Assembly (NCBI GenBank): GCA_034933285.1
Contig: JAYFNT010000030.1
Coordinates: 196-64,195 of the forward strand
DNA from: Geobacteraceae bacterium
GTDB lineage: Bacteria > Desulfobacterota > Desulfuromonadia > Geobacterales > Geobacteraceae
Direction: 5' to 3'
DNA length: 64,000 bases
Shown here: positions 1 to 8,141 of the stretch, piece by piece
Position numbering within the stretch: the first letter of the stretch is position 1
How the letters are laid out: each line of letters opens with the position of its first letter
Position numbers and translations under genes: made by a program
The notes under the pieces: model-generated
The model's database searches: none
What the model was told of the DNA's origin: nothing
What the model saw: only the letters and a program-made list of their open reading frames with translations

Positions 1-37
1 ATCCTTCCGCTCGAACTTGTGGTGAACAGGAAACACA

Positions 38-979
38 ATGAAACGACTCCGTACTTTCAATCCGGTTTATGGGGCGGTGGCTGGGCTCATCCTCCTTGCG
101 CTAATCTGGGGCTACAACTGGGTGATCATGAAGATCGCCCTTAGGGATTGCGGCCCCTTCACCTTCTCCGCGCTGAGGAGTATGCTGGGGGCACTCGCGT
201 TGTTCCCCCTGCTTCCTTTTAAAGGCGGTATTGCAGCCCCCCCGAAAGCAATACCGGCGATTATCCTCCTCGGGTTGTTTCAGACCGCGGGTTTTCTCGG
301 CTTCACTTTCTGGGCGCTTGTTGAAGGCGGGGCGGGTAAAACCGCGGTGCTTGTCTACACCATGCCGTTCTGGGTACTGATCCTGGCCCGACTGTTTCTC
401 GGCGAGCGCATACGGCCGCTGCAATGGCCGGCGATCCTTCTGTCGTTTGCAGGGCTGTCGATGATCTTCGAGCCCTGGCATGCTCGGGGCAGCTTATTTC
501 CAGAGGTGCTGGCAGTAATGGCGGGAATATTCTGGGCCGCCGCCGTCGTCATAGCAAAACGGCTGTTGAAGAAAGATGAAATCCCTCTTCTTCAGCTGAC
601 CGCCTGGCAAATGCTGTTCGGCGCAATTCCCCTGGTGATTGTCGCCCTCATTGTCCCCGAGGTACCAATTAACTGGTCACCCTCGTTTATCGCGTCGCTC
701 CTGTACAACGTGATTCCGGGCAACGCCATCGCATGGCTCCTTTGGCTCTATATTCTGGAAAAACTGCCGGCCGGGGCCGCCGGAATGGGTTCAATGGCCA
801 TACCGCTGGTGGGGGTCATCTCCGCACGGCTCCAACTCGGGGAAAGGCCTGGACCGATCGAAGCGGCGGGCATGTTGTTGATTGGTATTGCACTGCTCAT
901 CCTTTCCGTATACGCTCTGCTGGCGAATAAGCTTCCGAAATCAGGCGCGGGAAGGATAGAGGGGGCAGAGGAAGGATAG
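38..979 (+). CDS. EamA/DMT-family membrane transporter
   Basis: 313-aa ORF with about 10 hydrophobic helices in two EamA-like halves (LIWGYNWVIMK..., TAWQMLFGAIPL...). The 3' end runs into a 16-nt tandem duplication (950-965 / 970-985). Confidence 0.85.
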   Translation: MKRLRTFNPVYGAVAGLILLALIWGYNWVIMKIALRDCGPFTFSALRSMLGALALFPLLPFKGGIAAPPKAIPAIILLGLFQTAGFLGFTFWALVEGGAGKTAVLVYTMPFWVLILARLFLGERIRPLQWPAILLSFAGLSMIFEPWHARGSLFPEVLAVMAGIFWAAAVVIAKRLLKKDEIPLLQLTAWQMLFGAIPLVIVALIVPEVPINWSPSFIASLLYNVIPGNAIAWLLWLYILEKLPAGAAGMGSMAIPLVGVISARLQLGERPGPIEAAGMLLIGIALLILSVYALLANKLPKSGAGRIEGAEEG

Positions 980-1036
980 AGGGGGCTACCACATTTCACA
1001 ACATTGAGGCTCCAACTCGCGGCTGGGAGAACAAGT

Positions 1037-1094
1037 GGGGTCAGGATTGCAATGTGTCATGAGGGTGTCAGGTGGAGACCTGACACCATTAGAC
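1037..1094. repeat. GTCAGGTCT-family hairpin repeat (collapsed copy)
   Basis: GGGGTCAGG at 1037. The 10-bp hairpin is GGTGTCAGGT-GGAG-ACCTGACACC (1064-1087). The flanks TGTCATGAGGGTGTCAGGT and GGTGGAGACCTGACACCATTAGAC match 54937-55001. Confidence 0.85.
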
Positions 1095-1181
1095 ATCTAT
1101 TAGACCTCCCTCCGCCGGTGCGCCTCGGCCACGTTACCGCCGTGACCGAATCTATTCACACCCATAAGGAGAATTCCCGAA

Positions 1182-1928
1182 ATGGACATTCCACGGATCT
1201 TCAACATCACCGAAAGTGCTCACCGCATCCATAACCCGTTCACACCCGAAAAGCTCGCCACTCTCGGCGCGGCGCTGCGTCTGGAAACGGGGACCCGAGT
1301 GCTCGACCTCGGCAGCGGTTCGGGGGAGATGCTGTGCACCTGGGCACGCGATCACGGCGTCATCGGCACCGGTATCGACATGAGCCGGTTGTTCACCGAG
1401 CAGGCGATACTCCGCGCTGAAGAACTCGGCGTCGCCGATCAAGTCAAGTTCATCCATGGCGATGCCGCCGGCTTCGTCTCTGCCGAGAAGGCCGGTGTGG
1501 CAGCCTGTGTCGGTGCCACTTGGATCGCCGGGGGAGTTGCCGGCACTATCGAGCTTCTGTCACGCAGTCTGGGCAGCGGAGGGATCATCCTCATCGGCGA
1601 GCCCTTCTGGCGGCAATTACCGCCGACGGAAGATGTTGCCAAGGGGTGTCTTGTCAACTCAATCTCCGACTTTCTCATGCTTCCAGAACTTCTCGCGTCT
1701 TTCGACCACCTTGGCTACGACGTCGTTGAAATGGTTCTGGCTGACCAAGACGGCTGGGACAGGTATGAGGCGGCCAAATGGCTCACCATGCGCCGATGGC
1801 TTGAAGCCAATCCCGGCGACGAGTTAGCCAAAGATGTTCGAGCCAAACTGACCTCGGAACCCGAGCGCTACGCTGCTTACACGCGTGAATACCTGGGCTG
1901 GGGCGTGTTCGCGCTGATGCCGCGGTGA
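1182..1928 (+). CDS. class I SAM-dependent methyltransferase
   Basis: 248-aa ORF with SAM-binding motif I VLDLGSGSGEM and a following acidic loop (GIDMS). AGGAGA RBS lies upstream of the ATG. Confidence 0.8.
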   Translation: MDIPRIFNITESAHRIHNPFTPEKLATLGAALRLETGTRVLDLGSGSGEMLCTWARDHGVIGTGIDMSRLFTEQAILRAEELGVADQVKFIHGDAAGFVSAEKAGVAACVGATWIAGGVAGTIELLSRSLGSGGIILIGEPFWRQLPPTEDVAKGCLVNSISDFLMLPELLASFDHLGYDVVEMVLADQDGWDRYEAAKWLTMRRWLEANPGDELAKDVRAKLTSEPERYAAYTREYLGWGVFALMPR

Positions 1929-1937
1929 ATGCGAAAG

Positions 1938-2064
1938 AGCATAAAAGAGTCAGAGCATAAAAGGGTCAGGTCTACAGATAACAGATAATTTGGAGCTAAC
2001 ATGAGGATGACTGACACTGGCTAATTGAAATTCAACTGTTTTCTGTGTTCTGTAGACCTGACCC
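1938..2064. repeat. GTCAGGTCT-family hairpin repeat with tandem 16-nt duplication
   Basis: AGCATAAAAG(A/G)GTCAG occurs twice (1938-1969). The arms are GGGTCAGGTCTACAGATAACAGA / TCTGTGTTCTGTAGACCTGACCC (1963-1985 / 2042-2064). A 15-nt direct repeat CCCTTATACGTTCTT is at 2062 and 2112. Confidence 0.85.
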
Positions 2065-2670
2065 TTATACGTTCTTCTTGGTTCTGTCATCTGTATAAAG
2101 CCGATGGTAGGCCCTTATACGTTCTTGCAACTGATTCGCCGTGGATTTGCTGGAACCTGTTGTGTCCCAGCTTAGAGGCCTGTATAGGGGTGCCCCTGTT
2201 TTTATTTGTTTTTTGCTTTTTCTGTTGATGATGATTGCAAAAGGGATAAAAATCACAACCGCAGTGACGGCAACAAAAAACATAATGGATGTTGTTCCGA
2301 TTAAACAGGTCAATCCAGTTTCGCCATGAAATGGATGCAACCCGGTTGATTGTAAGCGGTCCGGAATTGACCACATCAGGTAAGGAGGTATTGTGAAGCT
2401 GAAAGTGCAAATTGCAGTGTTCAATATTACGGCTGGCGTAATATGCAGTTTTTGTGCAGCTATCAGTGCCAAAAGAAGCCAGGCGACTCCTACGCAATTT
2501 GCTGTGCCGAAGCCTAGGCCACCCCAAATTATGATTGCTCCCAGAAATTCGTCGGCCCTGTATGATCCGGATTCCGCAGATGTGAACGTGACTAACTCAT
2601 CCTGCAAACCAAAGAGCAAGAAAATTACGAATATGAAAATCCAGATTATGATTGACGAAGACGCTTTCAC
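2065..2670 (-). CDS. hypothetical multi-pass membrane protein on an AT-rich cassette
   Basis: 201-aa ORF with 4-5 clear hydrophobic helices. Local composition is much more AT-rich than the flanks. The C-terminal tail overlaps repeat sequences at 2051-2126. Confidence 0.5.
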   Translation of the reverse strand: MKASSSIIIWIFIFVIFLLFGLQDELVTFTSAESGSYRADEFLGAIIIWGGLGFGTANCVGVAWLLLALIAAQKLHITPAVILNTAICTFSFTIPPYLMWSIPDRLQSTGLHPFHGETGLTCLIGTTSIMFFVAVTAVVIFIPFAIIINRKSKKQIKTGAPLYRPLSWDTTGSSKSTANQLQERIRAYHRLYTDDRTKKNV

Positions 2671-2913
2671 AATTCCTGCTCCAAGTGTGCCCGGCAGCCT
2701 GGTTCAATGGATTTCAATGAAATAATTTATATTTTGTTTTGATTGAATGCAATCGAAAATTCCCCCCCCTGGAAGGAAAAGAGTACTTGTTTGTTTGAGG
2801 GGCAAAGAGGGGTCACATTTCAAGCAGCAAACAGGGTATCCTGCAATCGACACGCCCTGCCGAAAAACAGGCCGTTCAGCCATATGGCGTTGGGTGCAAA
2901 GAAGGGAGACAAA

Positions 2914-4218
2914 ATGAAAAAGATATTGTCGGGTTTATTGTTCACTATTTTTGTGCTGCTCCCTGGGGCCGGACTGATGGCGGCGACGAATCCTCCCACC
3001 GTCATCCTGGCAGGCAATTATTGGGATGGGCTGTCGGACAAACCGCTCGGTTATGCTGAAATTGTCGTCGTCAACGGCAAAATAACCGGGGTCGCGAAAA
3101 AAGTCGTCAGGCCGAAAGATGCAAAAATCATTGACCTGTCCAGGCAATTCGTCATGCCCGGATTCATTGACTGTCACCTTCATCTAACCGGCAGCAGCAA
3201 GGTGATTGCCAACTTTGCAGCGATGAACGATGCCGCGCTGGCCATTGCCGGCGCGGGCGCCTGCGGGACGCTGCTTCATAACGGGTTCACCACCGTGCGG
3301 GATGCCGGCGATTTCAGCATCGTTTCCTGGGTTGTCCCGGTCCTTAAAGCGGCTGTCATTTCGGGAGACATCCGCGGACCGCGGATTATCTGTGGCGGAC
3401 ACATGCTGTCCGCCATCGGGGGGCACTTCGACTTCAGCGGTCCAATAAGGAACGGCATATCCATGGAACAACTCGCGGTTGTCGAAGGTGTCGACGGCGT
3501 CAGGCGCGCGGTTCACAATGAGTCGCAGCACGGGGCGGACTGGATAAAGTTTGCCGGAAGCGGTGGTTTACTGTCGCCTGCCGACACGCCCGAGGACGTT
3601 TCCTTTTCACAGGAAGAAATGAATGCGATTGTCAGCGCGTCCCGGGGGGTGGGGAAATACGCGTTTGTTCATGCATACGGGGATAAGGCGGTGCGCATGG
3701 CGGCGATTGCGGGAGTGCGTTCCGTTGAACACGGCAGCCTTTCATCGGTTGAAACACTGAAAATGCTGGAGCGAAAGGGCATCTACCTGGTTCCGACCCA
3801 GAGCGCGGTTGTCAGCAATGCCCGGATAACTTGCAGCGGCAGAATCAACCCGGCCACCCCGGAATGGGGACGGGCAAAGGCAATGAAGTACTGCGGTCAA
3901 TTTCTGGAATCTGCAAAGAATGTTTCAAAGAGCAAAGTCAAAATAGCCTTCGGCACGGATTTGGGGACATTTGATTATTCGACAAACGGTGCGGTGGAAT
4001 TTTCCGAAATGGTTCGAAACGGGATTGCGCCTTTGCGCGCGCTGAAGGCGGCAACGTCTGTAGCAGCGGAAATGCTTGAACTGAATACAGGGGCCATTGC
4101 TCCCGGAAAATGTGCGGATATCATTGCCATGCCCGGCAACCCGTTTGATGATATCTCCCTGACCGAACAAGTCAGGTTTGTGATGAAGGACGGCATGGTT
4201 TACCGCAACGACAAATGA
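2914..4218 (+). CDS. amidohydrolase-family metallo-hydrolase with signal peptide
   Basis: ORF 2743-4218. The ATG at 2914 is preceded by GAAGGGAGA and gives signal peptide MKKILSGLLFTIFVLLPGAGLMA. HxH motif PGFIDCHLHL and later HAYGD / FGTDLG motifs are typical of the amidohydrolase superfamily. Confidence 0.85.
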   Translation: MKKILSGLLFTIFVLLPGAGLMAATNPPTVILAGNYWDGLSDKPLGYAEIVVVNGKITGVAKKVVRPKDAKIIDLSRQFVMPGFIDCHLHLTGSSKVIANFAAMNDAALAIAGAGACGTLLHNGFTTVRDAGDFSIVSWVVPVLKAAVISGDIRGPRIICGGHMLSAIGGHFDFSGPIRNGISMEQLAVVEGVDGVRRAVHNESQHGADWIKFAGSGGLLSPADTPEDVSFSQEEMNAIVSASRGVGKYAFVHAYGDKAVRMAAIAGVRSVEHGSLSSVETLKMLERKGIYLVPTQSAVVSNARITCSGRINPATPEWGRAKAMKYCGQFLESAKNVSKSKVKIAFGTDLGTFDYSTNGAVEFSEMVRNGIAPLRALKAATSVAAEMLELNTGAIAPGKCADIIAMPGNPFDDISLTEQVRFVMKDGMVYRNDK

Positions 4219-4352
4219 TGATGGAACTCAATGCAGCTCATCAGGCGTATGCAGGTGAAGATAGTTCCGGGGACATCCATGACAAGTATCGTCAAGGAGA
4301 AAACAAGACGAAGGGGTTGGCCCTTGACATGAGATATTTTAAAGGGGTCTTT

Positions 4353-4423
4353 GGGGTCAGGTTAGAATTCTGGATATTTGTCAAAACTGAAAGTGGAAAT
4401 ATCTGAATCTCTAACCTGACCCC
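4353..4423. repeat. GTCAGGT-family hairpin repeat
   Basis: GGGGTCAGGTTAGA (4353-4366) / TCTAACCTGACCCC (4410-4423) with a 43-nt loop. Confidence 0.85.
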
Positions 4424-4434
4424 GAGGGGTCCTG

Positions 4435-4560
4435 ATGGCACCGGAGAAGACCCGTACGCTTCGCTTCAGCCGGTTCCATCCCACCATGAGACGCCGGTTC
4501 ACCTTCTTGGGATTTGAATTCTTTTGGAAAGAAGACCGGGAACGGTTCAAAACAGATTGT
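4435..4560 (+). pseudogene. short remnant resembling the C-terminal part of a group II intron/retroelement reverse transcriptase
   Basis: Translation PEKTRTLRFSRF...RRFTFLGFEFFWK resembles the conserved RT block (hPEKTRl..F....F.FLGF.F). There is no intact RT ORF. It lies next to hairpin repeat 4353-4423. Confidence 0.35.
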
Positions 4561-4643
4561 CATTACCGGGTGATACAACGGTGCCTACAGCAGCGTTACC
4601 GGATTTACCACGTTGAACGGAAAGCTGACGATCGGCAATTTGG

Positions 4644-5855
4644 CTATTGCTCCTGCCGGGATATGAAATTGTAAAGATATTTCGCCTTCAGCGCCATGAT
4701 CCTGCCGCACGCCTGGTCGATGCGCTCTCGACTGATCCTTCCGCTCTCCACCATTTTCCGCAGGGTTTCGATGGTCCTCGGAGCGATGTCCGGGCTGTTC
4801 TGCTTGTCGTTGGCAAGAAGCAGCAGGTCAACCCCGGCATTGATCGCCTTTTCCAGCACGGTTTCATAGCTGTAGTGCTGGGCAATCGCCCCCATGTAGA
4901 GATCGTCGCTGGCCACAACGCCATCATAACCGAGACGTTTGCGCAGAATGCCATCAATGGTATTTTTCGACAGGGTCGCGGGATAGTCCGGGTCAATGGC
5001 TGTATTGAACGTATGTGCCGTCATAACCATGTCCACAACCCCTAGGTCGATCAGGTTTTTGTAGGGCGCCAGTTCTTTTTCGCTCCAGGTCGAGGTCACA
5101 TCCACGAGCCCCATGTGAGAATCATCACGGGAACTGCCGTGACCCGGAAAATGCTTCAGACAGGTAACGACATTCCGGCGGTGGTGGCTCTTTATGACTT
5201 CGGCGGCATGGGCGGTTACGACTGCGGAGTCGGCGGAGTAGCTGCGTTGCTTGACTGCGATGACCGGGTTGGCGGGATTGAGATTCAGGTCGACCACCGG
5301 GGCCAGGTTGAGGTTGATCCGGTAATGCACCAGGTTATCCACCAGTTTGCCGGAAGCCGTCCTGGTAAGGTTCAGGTCATTTTTCTCTCCCAGATATGCC
5401 GCGGAAACCGAGGATGGAAAACCGTAGCGATCCTTGAGGCGGGAAATGATTCCCCCCTCCTCATCCACCGCGACGAAAATCGGGGTATCCGCGTATGACC
5501 ACAGTGAGTCAGTCAGGGTTTTCAACTGGGCGGGTCCGGTAATATTGCGGTCATGAACATCCAGATCGACATTGTTGTCGAAAAGCACCACCCCGCCGAT
5601 CTTGTAGTCGCGTATGGCCACGGAAATCTGGCTGTCCGGGGTAATCGTCTCACCCGGAAAACCGAGCATGAGCATCTGGGCGATTTTGCGCTCCAACGGC
5701 CAGGCGCGCCAATCGGGCAGCTTGCTTGACTGACTCGGAACAACGCTTTGCGTCCCGGCGCACCCAGGCAGCAACCACACAACCAGCAGAGTAAGCGCGG
5801 CCATGACAAAAATGCGTGGAACACGGCGATATGTGACAAGAAAATTGCACTGCAT
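4644..5855 (-). CDS. glycoside hydrolase family 3 beta-N-acetylhexosaminidase-like lipoprotein (NagZ-like)
   Basis: 403-aa ORF with the GH3 N-terminal signature KHFPGHGSSRDDSH and a lipobox LLPGC near the N-terminus. An alternative start is at 5804. Confidence 0.8.
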   Translation of the reverse strand: MQCNFLVTYRRVPRIFVMAALTLLVVWLLPGCAGTQSVVPSQSSKLPDWRAWPLERKIAQMLMLGFPGETITPDSQISVAIRDYKIGGVVLFDNNVDLDVHDRNITGPAQLKTLTDSLWSYADTPIFVAVDEEGGIISRLKDRYGFPSSVSAAYLGEKNDLNLTRTASGKLVDNLVHYRINLNLAPVVDLNLNPANPVIAVKQRSYSADSAVVTAHAAEVIKSHHRRNVVTCLKHFPGHGSSRDDSHMGLVDVTSTWSEKELAPYKNLIDLGVVDMVMTAHTFNTAIDPDYPATLSKNTIDGILRKRLGYDGVVASDDLYMGAIAQHYSYETVLEKAINAGVDLLLLANDKQNSPDIAPRTIETLRKMVESGRISRERIDQACGRIMALKAKYLYNFISRQEQ

Positions 5856-5869
5856 CGGAATACCCCTGT

Positions 5870-6643
5870 TTAAAAATGGTATCGCAGACCAATCAACATT
5901 CCATGTGCGCGCAGGGGAGCGGAGGTTCTGCCTATGGCCTGCGAACGCCTATCCATCCGCATTATTCCGGGATTGGTCTGCACCCTTCCCAGATCGGTAT
6001 AACGGTAGGAGACATCGAGCAGCAGGTGTTTCGTCAATTCGAAACCCGTTCCGGCGGTTGCCATGAAAGCCAGATCAGTCCTTGCTCCCCCCGGAATTAT
6101 GCTGTAGTTGTGATAGGCAAGTTGCGGAAAACGGTAGGTCATCTCTCCGATCCAGTTAACGGCAACACCAATGCCACCTCCCACGTACGGTTGAAAGCGG
6201 CCGAAACTGACGCCGGGCAAGGCATTGGCGTCAAAATATACGTTCAACAGACTGCTCAGGGAGTCGGCGCTTCCTGAAACAGGCTGGGAACCGGGGACGC
6301 CGTTGAAGTTTGCCTGCCCCGAGTAATGCATGCTGGGACGATAGGCCAGAGCCACCTCCAACCGTAGCCACGGCAAAAGTCGCATACCCGCGGCCCCCTC
6401 CACGAAACCGTAGGTATCGAAATCGCCATAAGCGCCGAGAGGTCTGCCGTCACTGCCATTACCCGCGCCAAACAATGCCGCGCCGTTGCCGCCGTCATCC
6501 CTGAAATTGGTGTCATTAAGCCAATCAACGCCGCCTGAAATACGAAGATAGTAGTCTGCGGCAAAAGCCGGCGAAGCGACAAACAGCATCAGAAACAAAT
6601 TCAGGAATACTACGCTGCTGTTTTTTTTCAAGAGATTCCTCAT
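5870..6643 (-). CDS. outer-membrane beta-barrel protein (OmpA-beta-barrel/OmpW-like porin family)
   Basis: 257 aa. Signal peptide ends ...ASPAFA/ADYY. Alternating amphipathic beta-strand pattern and a C-terminal ...GLRYHF aromatic terminus typical of BAM substrates. It lies downstream of the riboswitch at 6931-7020. Confidence 0.75.
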   Translation of the reverse strand: MRNLLKKNSSVVFLNLFLMLFVASPAFAADYYLRISGGVDWLNDTNFRDDGGNGAALFGAGNGSDGRPLGAYGDFDTYGFVEGAAGMRLLPWLRLEVALAYRPSMHYSGQANFNGVPGSQPVSGSADSLSSLLNVYFDANALPGVSFGRFQPYVGGGIGVAVNWIGEMTYRFPQLAYHNYSIIPGGARTDLAFMATAGTGFELTKHLLLDVSYRYTDLGRVQTNPGIMRMDRRSQAIGRTSAPLRAHGMLIGLRYHF

Positions 6644-6880
6644 TTCTCCGCGCCATGGCGTTATTCCGGTTCCAAATCAGAGATGATATCAAGGCGGCAA
6701 GGAAGAAGGCGACGGAGGCGTACGGATAGTACGTTGATGAGCCTTCGACGAGCCAACGAAGATAGCGCTTTGATTTGGAATTGGAATTACATCCGCCGCC
6801 GTGGGCATTCTGACTAATGTGAAGCAAATTCAAATGAAAACAGCTTGTATGCTGTTGAAGCTGACTCACAGCGTTGAAAC

Positions 6881-6918
6881 AAAAAAACGCCCTTCTTTCG
6901 TAACATCATGAAGGGCGT
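6881..6918 (-). terminator. intrinsic terminator forming the expression platform of the GEMM-I riboswitch
   Basis: Minus strand reads ACGCCCUUC-AUGAUGUUACGAAA-GAAGGGCGU followed by UUUUUUU. The upstream GAGGGCG (6931-6937) can compete for the CGCCCUU arm as an anti-terminator. Confidence 0.75.
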
Positions 6919-6930
6919 GACATCCATATT

Positions 6931-7020
6931 CGCCCTCTTTTCGGTAACCCGGCTATCCCTGTAGTGGATCCGTGGTTTTGCGTCCCCAGGTTTCCCCGGG
7001 TTTGCTCTTGTCATAGAGGA
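6931..7020 (-). promoter_or_regulatory. GEMM-I (cyclic-dinucleotide) riboswitch aptamer
   Basis: Minus strand reads CCUCUAUGACAAGAGCAAACCCGGGGAAACCUGGGGACGCAAAACCACGGAUCCACUACAGGGAUAGCCGGGUUACCGAAAAGAGG. It matches the GEMM-I hallmarks GCAAACC, a GAAA tetraloop hairpin, GGGACGCAAA(G/A)CC and (G/A)UAGC..GGGUUACCGA. P1 is closed by CCUCU/AGAGG. Confidence 0.8.
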
Positions 7021-7062
7021 TATATATCTCTCATCGATACCGCCGGCAACCGATTCTGTCAA
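7021..7062 (-). promoter_or_regulatory. candidate sigma70-type promoter(s) for the riboswitch transcript
   Basis: On the minus strand there are two options: TTGACA (7062-7057)-N17-TATCGA, or TTGCCG (7049-7044)-N17-TATATA (7026-7021), just 5' of the aptamer. Which one is used cannot be decided from sequence. Confidence 0.3.
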
Positions 7063-7090
7063 GACTTTAATTTGCTGAGGGTCGGATTTT

Positions 7091-7128
7091 GGGGACAGTT
7101 TATTTGATTCAGCGGAGATAAATATACT
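7091..7128. repeat. 38-nt conserved motif, copy 1 (GGGGACAGTTTATTTGATTCAGCGGAGATAAATATACT)
   Basis: 32/38 ungapped identity with 57876-57913. It is part of an 84-bp unit bounded by GGGGACA (7091) and TGTCCCC (7174). Confidence 0.8.
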
Positions 7129-7448
7129 CTACCCAGAATTACAGAATTATAATGTGGCGGATCATAATGTCCCCGTCATCACAAGTATCGTTCAGCAGCT
7201 TGACAAGCGGGCGTTATGGACATAACCTGTCCGGCAGTTGAAAAACTGTTGCGGAACCCACCTGCGGCGTTGGCGGTGTCCTCACCCTCGCCTGTCCAAG
7301 TAAAATGCCCCGGGTGCTGCGCTCCGTGCACCTTGCATCCGGACTTCCTCACGACGTTTTTCAACAGCGCTGCCGGAGCCGTTTCAATTGCTGAAACGCA
7401 AATAAAAGTGCAACCTGCAAGCAGGTATTAATGAAAGGAGAAAGTTCC

Positions 7449-8012
7449 ATGTCGTTTTCTGCCAGAATCATCTTATTCACCTCTCTAGCTCTCATCCCCA
7501 CTGTGGCATTCGCCTCTCCGAAAAAGCTCGTCAACGACAGCGAATACTCGGACAAGGATTTCCGCAAATGCATCATAAAGGATTACTCGGATATGGTGGA
7601 CGGTGACGACATTAAATGGGTCTGGACCAACCCGTCAGTCAAGCTTTCCGGATACAGGCTCAAGGAAGGGAAGGTGGAAAACAAGTCCGATTTGCGCAGT
7701 AAATCCATGCAGGAGACAGTCAAGAAAGTCTTCAAGGACACATTTGAAGACATGGAAGGAAAAGGGGCAAGCGGCATTCTTACCGCCGACATCTGTATCT
7801 ACGAAGCGCAGAATTTCAGCGGGGGGAAAGCATGGATACCTTTCGTCGGCTCGCATGAGATGCAGGCTGGTGTAGGGGTGGAAATGGTCTTGCGCGACGC
7901 GAAAAACAGGGTAGTAGGAAAATTCCGGCATTCAGCCCGTGAAGGCGCGCAGATCGAGAATGCAGCCCAGGAAGTGGCCAGCGACCTGATGAAGTATATC
8001 GGCAATCACTAG
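7449..8012 (+). CDS. secreted hypothetical protein
   Basis: ORF 7431-8012. The ATG at 7449 follows AAAGGAGAAA and gives signal peptide MSFSARIILFTSLALIPTVAFA/SP. I recognise no catalytic motif. Confidence 0.6.
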   Translation: MSFSARIILFTSLALIPTVAFASPKKLVNDSEYSDKDFRKCIIKDYSDMVDGDDIKWVWTNPSVKLSGYRLKEGKVENKSDLRSKSMQETVKKVFKDTFEDMEGKGASGILTADICIYEAQNFSGGKAWIPFVGSHEMQAGVGVEMVLRDAKNRVVGKFRHSAREGAQIENAAQEVASDLMKYIGNH

Positions 8013-8044
8013 CGTTCATTTTTATGGATAAAAACCTGGGAAAG

Positions 8045-8072
8045 AGAGCCCGCCTCGTGCGGGCTTTCTTCT
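8045..8072. terminator. bidirectional hairpin terminator between convergent genes
   Basis: AGCCCGC-CTCGT-GCGGGCT followed by TTCTT. It sits between the stop of 7449-8012 (+) and the stop of rlmD (-). Confidence 0.6.
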
Positions 8073-8141
8073 AGTTCCCCTCGCGGTGCTCACACATTTG
8101 CCTGCCCAGTTGATATGTCTCGGGTGCTGGGGGGCAGGCAG

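Noticed and set aside
950-1025. The 16-nt tandem duplication GGAAGGATAGAGGGGG (950-965, 970-985) and the repeated GGCTCCAACTCG (829, 1008) at the 3' end of the EamA gene, considered as a target-site duplication of an insertion.
   Set aside because: No element with defined ends lies between the copies. This is more likely slippage or local duplication next to the hairpin repeat. It is recorded only in the feature evidence.
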